Positions 34,320-44,808 of a stretch of 64,000 nucleotides of DNA are shown here, one piece after another. The stretch lies in contig QPMI01000584.1 of NCBI GenBank assembly GCA_004431415.1, positions 1-64,000 on the forward strand. Reading direction: 5' to 3'. How positions within the stretch are numbered: position 1 is the stretch's first letter; every line of letters starts with the position of its first letter. Under the pieces are notes generated by a model, which made no database searches, was not told the DNA's origin, and saw only the letters and a list, made by a program, of their open reading frames with translations. Made by a program: the position numbers and the translations under genes. Origin of the DNA: Cyanophora paradoxa CCMP329 (taxonomy: Eukaryota > Plantae > Glaucophyta).

Positions 34320-35576
34320 GCCCGGCCGTGCAGATCTAGACCGTGCTCTCTTGCTGCGCTCAGCACGTCTCCGAAATCGAGCTTATACCGCAGAACCGCG
34401 TGCGCCGCTGCCCGCAGCCGAGCACGCCGGCCGGGCCGGGCGCTTTTGTTGCGGTCGACACTCCGCTGCTCGGCTTCTCGGTTTCGCCGCGGTGCTTGCT
34501 TCGGCAGATTTCCCCGCAGCTTTATGCCCGGTAGTAGCTTCGCCAAATTACGCGCGTGAGTCTGCTGCTGTGCAAGTCCGCATCAGATGGGACGGCGAGC
34601 TGCAGCCGCTTCTGTGCCCGGAGACGTCGTCCCGGGGCGGGACTTCGTGGCGGGTGGCGCAGGCTGTACATGTACAGTGTCGTCATCATGCAACGGCGGA
34701 ATTTGCTTACATTGTCCGGACGGAGCCCGTGAACACTTAAGCTTCTGCTGGCGCCAGAACTTGTTTCGATCTTCGTCATGTCCGGCCGCGGCAGCACGTT
34801 CGCAGCAGTCGAGTTCGTTCACTTTCGATCGAGTTGCGCGCTGTCTAAAATGCAGCGGCTAACGCACGTATTCATCGCCACGCAGGGTCCTTCTGTCCCT
34901 GCCCAGCCTTCAGTTGGCGATCCGCGAAGCGCGCGGTTTCGTGTTCAAGTGAGCTCGTTTCGCTGCTTTTTAATTTCCATGTCCCGCTGTTTCGCGCCAA
35001 TTTGTCTTCGCATGCTGTTTCAATCATTAATATTGAATTGTCTTCGCTTTCTGATTTATATTCAGGACCGGCTCTCTTCAGGACCGGCGCCGCTGGCTGC
35101 CGCTTACCCCCGGTCGACTTCCGCCCCGACCCCCTCCAGAAGGCCTGGATTGCCTATGTTTACGGCGAGCCCTCTGCAGACAGCACCATCATCTTTTAGC
35201 CAGCTGTACAGGGTTAGCGGTAGGCCGTGCGAACACGGTTCATGTGCAGCGTTTTTCCGCTCCAGAACAATTTTTCATATACAGTGCGCTGAATCTGGCC
35301 TTTCATTGAGGCTTTTCTTTATTCGGTTTGATCCCAGCGTCTGCTTATCGGGCGTTTTCTATTTTTTACCATCACATATAATCTGTGTCTATCTTTACTA
35401 CTTCAACCTGGCGCTCGCGCTGGGCCGGGGTCGATCTAGAACTGCCCGGCCGTGCAGATCTAGACCGTGCTCTCTTGCTGCGCTCAGCACGTCTCCGACA
35501 TCGAGCTTATACCACAGAACCGCGTGCGCCGCTGCCCGCAGCCGAGCACGCCGGCCGGGCCGGGCGCTCTTGTTGC
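34320..35576. repeat. ~133-bp near-identical direct repeat pair (34320-34452 and 35444-35576)
   Basis: GCCCGGCCGTGCAGATCTAGACCGTGCTCTC...TTGTTGC present twice with a few substitutions. Confidence 0.85.
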
Positions 35577-35712
35577 TCGGCACTGGGCCGGGGTCGTTCT
35601 GCCGCGCGCATGTGCGTGCCACTACGACTCTTTCATTAGATCCCGGTTCCCCCCTTGCACCCCCGGCGCGAGAATCGCGGCCGGGCCCCTAGTATTATTT
35701 AAGCTATATAAT

Positions 35713-36003
35713 TATTTTTGAGAGACTACGGTGGGGCGAACGGGTACCCCCCGCGTCGTAGGTAGGAACCTTCAAGGACAACAAAGTAATCACAAATCAA
35801 AGGGATAGCAGACAATTGCAAGACACATAATCAAGAGGGATCACAATAAGGGACGCGATCGTAAGAACGCAAAGGATAAGGAGAACGAGCACGAGAAGTA
35901 GTAGAAGAGCTCAAGGACGTCGACGCAGCAGTCGCACTTAGACTGCACTCAATGGTTCGAGTTCCGAAGTTCGACCCACCGTATACGTGGTCTCTCAAAA
36001 ATA
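35713..36003. mobile_element. MITE-like element
   Basis: Imperfect TIRs TATTTTTGAGAGAC-TACGGTGGGGCGAAC and GTTCGACCCACCGTA-TACGTG-GTCTCTCAAAAATA around a purine-rich non-coding interior. Confidence 0.55.
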
Positions 36004-36088
36004 CCGCGAAGTACGTATTCTTAGAATTCGAAGTGTCAAGAAATTCGAAAAAATCCTAAATCCATCTAATAGCTAAAGGAGGCAGCGC

Positions 36089-37150
36089 CTAAAGATCGAA
36101 GTGAGGCACACGATCGACAGCCGGCACGAGGGCCTCGCTCTCGCTGGCCGATGCGGCGGACACGCGGCTCGAACGGCGGTGCGTCAGAGCGGAAATGATC
36201 GGCGATACCGCCTTCGCAAACGAGCCGCGGCGCGAGCGGGGGATCGCCGCCGCCTCGCGGGCAGGCGAGGCCGCCAATCGGAGCGCGTCGTCGGCGTCAG
36301 AGACGAGCGCGATGGGGGCGGCCTGCAGGCTGTTGCTGCGCGGCCTCGCCCTCCACGCTGACGCCTTCAGCTTCGAATTCCCATGGCCAGCGACGTCGGT
36401 GTCGCCCTCGCGAGGAGCGGGTACATGTACACCGCCGTGACCGCCGACCCCGGCGCCTCCATCCCAATGGCGCTTGTGGCGCTGCGCATGCGCCACTTGC
36501 TCTTGCAGCGCCGCCGGTGGTCGCGCCGCCCCGCCCTTCTCCGCAGTCGCCGAGCCTGCCGCCGCCTTCCATGCGAGCCGGGCCGCCGCCCGCTTCTTCG
36601 CTTCCTTCTTTCGGCGCCGCTCCTCCACCCAGCCCCCGCACGTGAACTGTGCGGGGTTAAGTTCGCGTGGGGCGAAAAGGGTCTGCGAGCGCAGCGGCCA
36701 CGCACATTGTAGATGGCCCGGATGCTGCGCATCTGGTTGACAGCAAGGATCGCCGTCGTGAGCATGTTGACCACCAGGACCCCCGTGCTCACCCGCTCCT
36801 GCACGTACAGTCGGAGACTCGCACGGAAAGAAGAGCAGGCGGCACATGTGCTGCCGGACACCTTCTGGTAATTCGCGTTCCGCATCAGCATCAAGATGAG
36901 CAGGATGCTCTGCAGCGGGTTCGCGATGAACTGGATCCAGTTCTCAATGCTGCGCATTCGAGCCCTGTGAGCTGCAAAATGTCGAGGCTCTGTGCAAGGG
37001 CAAGCAAGACGGACCGGTCGATGAAGGGGCGGCTGATACCGAGGAAAGCGACGTGCGCGAGGCTGAACGCGAGGAGGGCCGCGAGGGTGTTCGAGGGGCT
37101 GGACGATGCCCCGCGCCCCGCATGCAGGCCTGCGCATCGCGGCGATCGTC
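36089..37150 (-). CDS. Probable 3' exons of a host membrane-protein gene
   Basis: Hydrophobic exon-like segments IENWIQFIANPLQSILLILMLM and VSTGVLVVNMLTTAILAVNQM, separated by short GC-rich spacers. Confidence 0.35.
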
Positions 37151-37229
37151 ACGAGCGCTGAAGACAGTCATATATAAATTGTGAGCCTTCTTAGATTAAT
37201 ATTTCTTGTTTATGAATGCGTTTCCAGCG

Positions 37230-38690
37230 ACACATATAAAAACAAATATTATTATCCCTCGCGTTCCGCTCAGGATAATAATATTTGTTTTTATATGTGT
37301 GTTACTATAAGTTATATAAAGATATTAGCATTTTTATCATAGTGTATATCGATATGTGATATGTATTCTATCGGTAGTTCGTAAATGAATCAATAAAAAT
37401 AATATAAGTATCGTGGAATCTTTGTAAAATATGTATATATAATATGTAATCGCGATATAGCCGATATGTGTTTACGATGCGCGATGTGTATCTAAAACAA
37501 CTACAATGTGCTGCTTGGGACGCGCCTCATATAGTCATGTGTATCACCTACGTAGCTTCGATAGGGTGGGGCGGGTGGGGTGAGGTGGGGCATTTTTTGA
37601 ATTCCCTAAAATGTTTCACTCCCAAAAATTCTTGGTCAAAAAAGACCCCACCCAACCCCACTTACCCCACCCTGTATTATTCTCTTTATCTATGATTGAT
37701 TTCAATGTAATTTAAATATAAATATGTATGATTGAGTATGTTAAATTAATACTGGGTGGGGTGTGAGGGTGGGGTGTGAGTGGTATCGGTATGGTAGTCC
37801 AATCTAAGATGGCACACATAAAATCATGATGTGTTATTTTTACTTCCGGTTTGATACTTATCGGACTTCGATAACTTCGATAGGGTGGGGCGGGTGGGGT
37901 GAGGTGGGGCATTTTTTTGAATTCCCTAAAATAATTCCCCTCAAAAATTCTTGGTCAAAAAAGACCCCACCCAACCCACTTACCCACCCTGTATCTTTTA
38001 TTATATTTATGATTGATTTCAATGTAATTAATGTATAAAGTATAGAGATTATGTATGTTAAATTAATACCGGGTGGGGTGTGAGGGTGGGGTGTGAAAGT
38101 GGTATCAGCCAACCATTTAATAATTACGATATTGAACCGACGTGATACCGACGAGATATGATATATTCAGATCGTATTAGAACGGCGCGATCACTAAGAA
38201 AAACAAGTATCATGTGCTGTATATTTCGCGATCCCTGAATCGCGAATCGATAGGGTGGGGTGAGAAAGTGGGGCACCACCCTCACTGTATACACTGTGAT
38301 ATGATCGCAATCCCGATGTAGCCTACTATGATATCGTGCGGACTTCGATAGGGTGGGGTAAGTGGGGTGAGGTGGGGCATTTTTTTGAATCCCTTAAATT
38401 TTTGGGGGTCAAATATTTTTGGGCAAAAAAGACCCCACCCAACCCCACCCTCCCACCCTGTATTACTTATCGATACACCTCACTTATTTCAATGTATAAA
38501 CTCTATTAAATTAGATAGTAAATATGTATAGAAATAACGAGATTGTAGTATAGGGTGGGGTGTAGGGTGGGGGCAAAATGCAAACTGAATCAGTGCGATA
38601 TAATTTAGTGAACACAAAGTGGATATGAAGTGGATACTAAGTGGATACGAAGGGGATAAGTGCGCCCCGCCCACTATGCAAGATACATGC
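37230..38690 (+). repeat. Left TIR of element B (~1.46 kb), with terminal hairpin and three GGTGGGG cassettes
   Basis: 37554-38690 is the reverse complement of 62862-64000. Perfect 28-bp stem at 37230-37257 / 37273-37300. Cassettes at ~37556-37790, ~37875-38108 and ~38343-38574. Confidence 0.92.
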
Positions 38691-38889
38691 AAACTACATG
38701 CGAGTTCTATGAAAACAATAACGATTTAGTCATGCATATATTTCGTATATATGTCCGAACCTCTGTGTGAGTGATCCCGCACAACTTTGCATCCGCGTGC
38801 GCATAAAGTAGTTCTACACTACTACAAAGTGGCGCGGTCTGATTCGCAAAGGGCGCGATTTGGCGGCTACGAAAGCACCGCGGCGCCTA

Positions 38890-40332
38890 CTACTTTCGTG
38901 GTCTCAGAGTCGCTTTTCGATCGCCATTAGCTACCGGCGCTACCGTTGCTACTTTTCTACTACTTCTTAATGTAGCTTTGGTTTCCGGCGCTTTATAGCT
39001 CTCAGTCTGATTAGAGAACGACTTATACCATCGTTGGCTATTAACGCCGCCGGATAGCTTAGGCTCCGCGGCGGTTACTAGCCGCTGTAATTCTTTATTT
39101 ACGCGTTTCTCTTTTTGCACGCGATCCTCTAATAGAGTGCCTTGCGGCACAGTCGCGGCGGCTTCTATGCCCTCTCTACGCAATTGCGCATCGACGCGCG
39201 CCTCGTCCTTCGCCGCCTCTAATGCATCTACTGTGGGCGCCATTAGGTAATCCACAGCTTGGACAGGCAATAGCTCGTGGAAGGCAAAGCGACCCTCTAC
39301 GCGATTGCCGTCCGGATCAGTTAGCATAAACTTATAGCCCTCGCGCGCGGCGACAGTATATACGATTCGGCTCCAATTGTTACCGCCCTTAGCGAATGGC
39401 GTCTTCTCGATGCGTAGCCTTACTGACATGCCCGGCTGAATCTGATCCAAATAAGCTATCGATTTCTTGAATTTCGCATCTTCTTTTTGAACTATGAGCT
39501 TATAGTGACTCTCGTTGGTCTCGGCAGGCATATAGCCGGTCGCAGAGTGCACCGTATTATTATAGTTATATTCTAGCTCGGGCAGGACATCGATAAAACG
39601 CGCCGTATTATTAGCTATGCAGTAGCTCGTGATCAGCCGCCGCATTTGCTTGTTAAACGCCTCTATGCGCCCTTGCGCGCGATGGTCGGCTGTGTCCGCA
39701 ATCTGATGCTCTATAAACTGATTCTCGAAATATTCTCTTAACAGGCTATTAGTGAATTCTGAGCCGCGGTCGCTTTGCACTTTGAAAATTGGTCTCGGCG
39801 CCTTATTTTGCAGCTGAATAAATGCGGCTAAGGTCGACGCCGCGGACTTATCCCGCATTGGGATAATGAACCCGACCCGTAATGTGTTCTCCATAGCCGT
39901 GAGAAAAGCACTGTAATTATCGTTATACTTAGCATACGCCGGAAAGAATAGCAGATCAATTACGTAGGTATCGAGAGGCTGTCGGATCGGTATAGCAGGG
40001 TCTCGTTTGCGGGATAGGTGCGGCGCATTAATCTGAACGACCTCTTGCCGGCTATACCACGCTTGCAATTTCTTATAATTCTCGTCGGGCAGCTCTTGCC
40101 GTAGCTTAGTGATCCCTTTAAAGCCGGTTTGCGGACTGTAAAACTTCCGGGCAATTTTCGATTCCTCCGGGACAGCAAGGGCTACGGGCACGTCGCGGGG
40201 CACCAAAGCCTTTAAATCAGACCGCTTTACTATGCGGCTCTCTTTATTCTCTTTCGGCACGGGGATCGGCAATGTGCTCCCCTCTAAATCTTGCGATCGT
40301 CTTACTATGGGCGGTCTTGACATCCTTGTCAT
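38890..40332 (-). CDS. Retroviral-type (rve) DDE integrase of Polinton type
   Basis: YVIDLLF, QSDRGSEF, AQGRIEAFNKQMR (D-D-E triad); YNNTVHSATG; FAKG..NWS. Confidence 0.92.
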   Translation of the reverse strand: MTRMSRPPIVRRSQDLEGSTLPIPVPKENKESRIVKRSDLKALVPRDVPVALAVPEESKIARKFYSPQTGFKGITKLRQELPDENYKKLQAWYSRQEVVQINAPHLSRKRDPAIPIRQPLDTYVIDLLFFPAYAKYNDNYSAFLTAMENTLRVGFIIPMRDKSAASTLAAFIQLQNKAPRPIFKVQSDRGSEFTNSLLREYFENQFIEHQIADTADHRAQGRIEAFNKQMRRLITSYCIANNTARFIDVLPELEYNYNNTVHSATGYMPAETNESHYKLIVQKEDAKFKKSIAYLDQIQPGMSVRLRIEKTPFAKGGNNWSRIVYTVAAREGYKFMLTDPDGNRVEGRFAFHELLPVQAVDYLMAPTVDALEAAKDEARVDAQLRREGIEAAATVPQGTLLEDRVQKEKRVNKELQRLVTAAEPKLSGGVNSQRWYKSFSNQTESYKAPETKATLRSSRKVATVAPVANGDRKATLRPRK

Positions 40333-40395
40333 CAGACAATAAAAAAGATCAATGTAACATTTTACATGCAGGCGACAAGAAAAGGTATTGTTTGT

Positions 40396-41004
40396 TTACG
40401 GTAAATTGGGACAGAATATATTGGCAACGATTCTATTAGGATTACTAACGTCAGTATACCACATTCGGCTAACGCGACTCCATTTCGCTCCATTGTCTTT
40501 TAAGAATTTACGCAAGGTGGTGCGGCGGGTAATTTGCAGTCCATGCTCTTCAAACTTCTTATGATATGTGGACAGATTGCGTTTAACATTGAAATAGATA
40601 AGCTGTATCGACTGTGGTTCGTGCTCACGCTTTATGGCTTTGATTACATCAGTCATCTTATATTGTGTGCATCTTACGAGACGCCAGAAATCCAGAACAG
40701 GTTGATATCCTCCCTCGTCTTCATCATTTACTTTCTTGATGGTATACTTATAGGATATCTCATCGTTGGATGCTCTTACATACGCAAACACATTATTTAT
40801 TGATCGAATGACTATCTTGTGCGGTTCTTCAATAAAGAAACCAATAGATTGAATATCGGCTCTACGAAAGATTGTATTTACAAAGGTAAATGGCATGCGA
40901 TCAGTATCAAATGAAAAGAGGATATCAAATAGTTCCACGGTGCTAAATGATAGATCCGAAAGAGGATAAACGAAAATAGGTTGTCCTTTGAACAGATACG
41001 CCAT
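40396..41004 (-). CDS. Hypothetical protein
   Basis: Clean 202-aa ORF preceded by the conserved AAAATATTTTCTCAGCTTA motif. Confidence 0.7.
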   Translation of the reverse strand: MAYLFKGQPIFVYPLSDLSFSTVELFDILFSFDTDRMPFTFVNTIFRRADIQSIGFFIEEPHKIVIRSINNVFAYVRASNDEISYKYTIKKVNDEDEGGYQPVLDFWRLVRCTQYKMTDVIKAIKREHEPQSIQLIYFNVKRNLSTYHKKFEEHGLQITRRTTLRKFLKDNGAKWSRVSRMWYTDVSNPNRIVANIFCPNLP

Positions 41005-41415
41005 TTTCGCCTTCGCCTTTTACTTTAAGCTGAGAAAATATTTTCCTGTTGCCTAAATGTAGCGCGTTCTCCTTAAATCATTTTGCGTTGCCCACGGGCT
41101 TTCAATTTTTACAGCGATCGTGGTGAGACTCTCACGTTTACTGTCAATAAAATCAGGCTACCTGAGCGTTTATTGTCGAGATTTTAATAATTAATGAAAA
41201 TCCTGACAATAAACACCGCAAAACGCGCAATAAAAACGTGCAGTAAACAGTAAAATGAATGATCCGGTATGGGACGCGCACCCGATCCCCAATTACTTCC
41301 TAATCGACCCTGACGACCCCTTTTTACGGTGCATATGGCTTCTCCATATCCTAAGGCGACAGCTCCTTCAATTAGAGCGCAGACCGAGAAAAAGAACGCA
41401 CGATAAGATAGACGA

Positions 41416-44400
41416 CTAACAGCCGAATGGAAGGCTATGTATGCCGTCGCCTGATATGCAGCGCTTGCTATCGAATTGGGTCAGCGCTATCCGCTTGCTC
41501 TCCAAATCATATAAGTGGTGGCATCGCCGTTGCTTGTTTACTACTGTTACTGTTTTTGTGATCCCGTCAAATAGGCAGCGCTTAAAGTCGTCGAAATGCA
41601 CCTCTTTCGAGGCTGTCCCGCTCATTTTTACCTTGTCGTAGCTCTCGGTGCGGAAAGCATATAGCTTCGGTCGCAGCCCCACATACTCCACTATCTTGAC
41701 GTCGGGCATCTCATTTTTATATTTACCGGGAACCATCCGGTTCTCGGGGCTATAAGGGCAGTCTAAATAAGGGCTGATCGCTCGCATGCCCGCTTCCAGA
41801 TCCGCGCTCTCTATATACAGACAGAACGAGTCGGTATCGTGGAACAGCAGCTGAGCTTGCGAGAAAGTCGGTCGGATCACGTCGTAAAAGAAGCTATAAT
41901 TATGGAGCTTCGCGGCATCCAGCACATAAGCGCCAATAGCCACCGGTTTATCGAGTTTTACATGTTTACTATACATTTCGAATGCGACCGCAGTCTCGTT
42001 TAATACATTCGTCGCTTTTACCAGCGGGCTCGCGGCGTATTTCTTAAACAGCTTCGTGCTGTTCGCGATCTTTACCACGGAGCGCCCTCGACACGATTCC
42101 AGGCATTTACCGTAAATAGCATTATTCATTAATTTAAAGAAGTCGCTCTCGAATTTATTCCGGGCTTCCTTTCGCAGTTTCGTGTTCAGATCTATATAGG
42201 GCTTCATAAATGCAGCGGTTGCAAACGAGAGCACCCGGTGGATCTTAGTAACTACGATCCCCTTTTTTACCATATAGAGCAGCATCGGCTGAGAGACCAC
42301 GTAATTATATTTCGGAGTAAATGAGGCGATCAGCTTCGGATCTTTACTTAGCTTCTCGCCGCTAATCTCCAAAAGCCCACGCTGATATGCGCTCAGCATG
42401 TCCGCAGTAATTACCTCTTTACTCACGATCAGCGGGAAATCGCGATGGTCGCCCTTTAAATAGTCCGGATACGCAAGGTCGACCTCTATAAATGCACTCC
42501 GCCCTACAACCTCGGTAAAAGCTGTGCTTGTGACGTCCCAGCGATAGTCCCCGACCGGTAAAGGCTGACTGAGCCCATAGCCATATAGATTATTCGCATC
42601 CAATAGGACTATATGTTTATCCTCGCTATTAGCCTCGGCATATCGTGTGGGCATGGTCGCAAAGCCGCCCCTAATTGCCCGCTCAATAAATTCGTATTGA
42701 TCCGCATCACTGATCTGTTCTATCGCGACCCTCGTATGCTTTAACATCGCGTCCCACGATAGTCCCGGTGCGCTCACATAATGCGTGGGATCCAGTCCGT
42801 ATTGCTCATGGGCGAGCATGCTGAATTTACCGAATTTTACCATGAGATCATTAACATCGGACGCCTGAAAATCCATGAAATTCGAGGCGTCTATAAACTT
42901 GTAAAGTCCCCACTGTAAAGATAGATACTCGTCGAAATTCTTACTTAGGATCTCGACCCGCAGCTTATCGTCTTGCTGTGCGATTTTCCGGAATATAGCA
43001 TGCCCGCACTCGTCCATCCGATCAATAACCACGGCTACTTTCGTTTGCTTTGAGATCCTCCTATGTAAATTGCACTTTCGGCAAGCTTTCCCTATATAAT
43101 CGCCGCTTTGGTGACAGTGATCGCGGACAGGGAAGTTTTCGTGGGTAAACCGCTGATTGCATATGTAGCAGTGCTTGGTGATTTTATAGGCTTGCTTTTG
43201 CGCCTCTGTGAGCGGAATCATAGGTGTGTTGGTAAATAGGGTATTAAGCATCTCGCGGCACAGATCCCCTAACGTGGTAAACATCTGACCCAGCGGATCC
43301 ACCCCCTCGAATTCGTGATTTTCAACATGCGAGCCCATAACAACATTAAGTGCCACCGACTTTACCTCTCGCTTGCTTCGGTTTGGTTCATTAGGAACCG
43401 GCACCGACTCCATCTCTACTTTGCAGTAACAGACAGTGGGCAGCCACACCATTTTCCTTAGGTGTTGCAGTCCGAAAGTAATAAAGCTTCCGGGTTCCGG
43501 GCATTTACCTTTACTCATTCTCCAATCGATACAGCGATTAGATTCGGTGTGTTTATCGAGTTTGTCCTGTGATCTGAATCGGGACAAACAGGTTTCGCAG
43601 TAGAAAATGCGCCCGTCGTTTGCTTTATCAAAGGTGGTCTTTAAGAGGCGGCTCAGTGACATAATCGTAATATAGTGACCCTGTCCGTTTGCGTCCTCGA
43701 TCAGCAGCAGGTTTACCTTTGATTTACGACGCGGATTACTTGACATGTGCAGTGGATAAAAGGTTTGGGTCGCATTATCGGCGCCATATATATTAATTGA
43801 CAGCTCGGGATTATTGTCCTCGAAACGATCTATTAATGCAGCATCGCAAGCCACCGGGAAATTAATGCCTGAGAAGTCGAGTTCAGTCATCCACCGCCTA
43901 TATTGGAACGGATCATTACGTTTGTGTCTGTTTATGTCGTTTCTGTGCAGCCATGCGAGGATAGCGTAATTAAAACAGTCGTGACCATCGATATTCTTAA
44001 TATTTACTGTGGCTCGCTTTAATCCAATCCATTCGGGGGTCTCAATGTAGCAACCGCCCATCGGCGCATATGACAAAACGGCGACATGTAGCTTATCTAA
44101 TTTACTGAGCCGGTAGCTGTCGACCTGTATCATCTGTTCATTCATTTGCTGAGCTACACCCACTAACTCAGTGAGAATATTGCGCGACCTTGTGATTACG
44201 AAATAATCGCTGTAAATGTGTTTGGTGATAAAAACGTTAGGATCACTCACTTTTACGTATCGGCAGATGAAAGTAAGGCGCACCTTAATAGCTTTAAGCT
44301 CGTCCAGCCTCTCTTTCAGCCGCCCAGGCAGGTTTGCAGCGATGGTAGTGAGAAATTCCACCGGATCTAAGATTATCTGTTCATCCGCCTTATAGCTATA

Positions 44401-44679
44401 CCAGGCGTATGCTTTATTCATTGCGAAACCGTCTTCCTCATCGGGTTCTATGACGGCTAAGCGCCGCCCTTCGGTATAGAAGCGCTCCACATTTTCCAGG
44501 CGATTGTAGAGCTCGTCGGCAATATTCGCAAGGTTAGCTAAGCGGGGTTTTCGATCTAAGATCGCCGCCCTACGATCATATTCAGCTTCGGTGATCTCCC
44601 CAGTGACTAAAAGACTACCTAACAAGCCTAATATTTCGTCCTTTTTCTCTTTTATAAGGCGATTAGTTTGGCGGGGCAT
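41416..44679 (-). CDS. Protein-primed family B DNA polymerase with C2H2 finger and endonuclease VII-like insertion
   Basis: LDANNLYG, KLMNNAIYGK, HDTDS and RPKLY motifs; CYIC...RDHCHQSG...ACRKCN insertion. Confidence 0.95.
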   Translation of the reverse strand: MPRQTNRLIKEKKDEILGLLGSLLVTGEITEAEYDRRAAILDRKPRLANLANIADELYNRLENVERFYTEGRRLAVIEPDEEDGFAMNKAYAWYSYKADEQIILDPVEFLTTIAANLPGRLKERLDELKAIKVRLTFICRYVKVSDPNVFITKHIYSDYFVITRSRNILTELVGVAQQMNEQMIQVDSYRLSKLDKLHVAVLSYAPMGGCYIETPEWIGLKRATVNIKNIDGHDCFNYAILAWLHRNDINRHKRNDPFQYRRWMTELDFSGINFPVACDAALIDRFEDNNPELSINIYGADNATQTFYPLHMSSNPRRKSKVNLLLIEDANGQGHYITIMSLSRLLKTTFDKANDGRIFYCETCLSRFRSQDKLDKHTESNRCIDWRMSKGKCPEPGSFITFGLQHLRKMVWLPTVCYCKVEMESVPVPNEPNRSKREVKSVALNVVMGSHVENHEFEGVDPLGQMFTTLGDLCREMLNTLFTNTPMIPLTEAQKQAYKITKHCYICNQRFTHENFPVRDHCHQSGDYIGKACRKCNLHRRISKQTKVAVVIDRMDECGHAIFRKIAQQDDKLRVEILSKNFDEYLSLQWGLYKFIDASNFMDFQASDVNDLMVKFGKFSMLAHEQYGLDPTHYVSAPGLSWDAMLKHTRVAIEQISDADQYEFIERAIRGGFATMPTRYAEANSEDKHIVLLDANNLYGYGLSQPLPVGDYRWDVTSTAFTEVVGRSAFIEVDLAYPDYLKGDHRDFPLIVSKEVITADMLSAYQRGLLEISGEKLSKDPKLIASFTPKYNYVVSQPMLLYMVKKGIVVTKIHRVLSFATAAFMKPYIDLNTKLRKEARNKFESDFFKLMNNAIYGKCLESCRGRSVVKIANSTKLFKKYAASPLVKATNVLNETAVAFEMYSKHVKLDKPVAIGAYVLDAAKLHNYSFFYDVIRPTFSQAQLLFHDTDSFCLYIESADLEAGMRAISPYLDCPYSPENRMVPGKYKNEMPDVKIVEYVGLRPKLYAFRTESYDKVKMSGTASKEVHFDDFKRCLFDGITKTVTVVNKQRRCHHLYDLESKRIALTQFDSKRCISGDGIHSLPFGC

Positions 44680-44808
44680 CTTTTACTCTAAGGGAACATT
44701 TTAATTTCGGGAAAGGACGCGTTTACCCGATGTAGAATGTCGGAAATCATTTAAAGAGAATGCAAAAAATGACATGAAAAACGTTTTCCGTCTGTTATTG
44801 TAAAGAGC

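Larger units (their letters stand above)
24292..37229. other. GC-rich eukaryotic host DNA between the two elements
   Basis: Sharp compositional shifts at the junctions, CpG-rich sequence, many overlapping spurious ORFs, and fragmented exon-like segments. Confidence 0.85.

Noticed and set aside
24284-37171. Dozens of overlapping Arg/Ala/Pro/Gly-rich ORFs
   Set aside because: Expected by chance in very GC-rich DNA; no recognisable domains apart from the segments listed.
24292-37229. Host species assignment
   Set aside because: No marker gene is present; composition alone only suggests a GC-rich eukaryote.
37468-38692. ORFs inside the TIRs (also 62878-63841 and 45626-45830)
   Set aside because: They are translations of the repeated iteron cassettes and have no coding signature.
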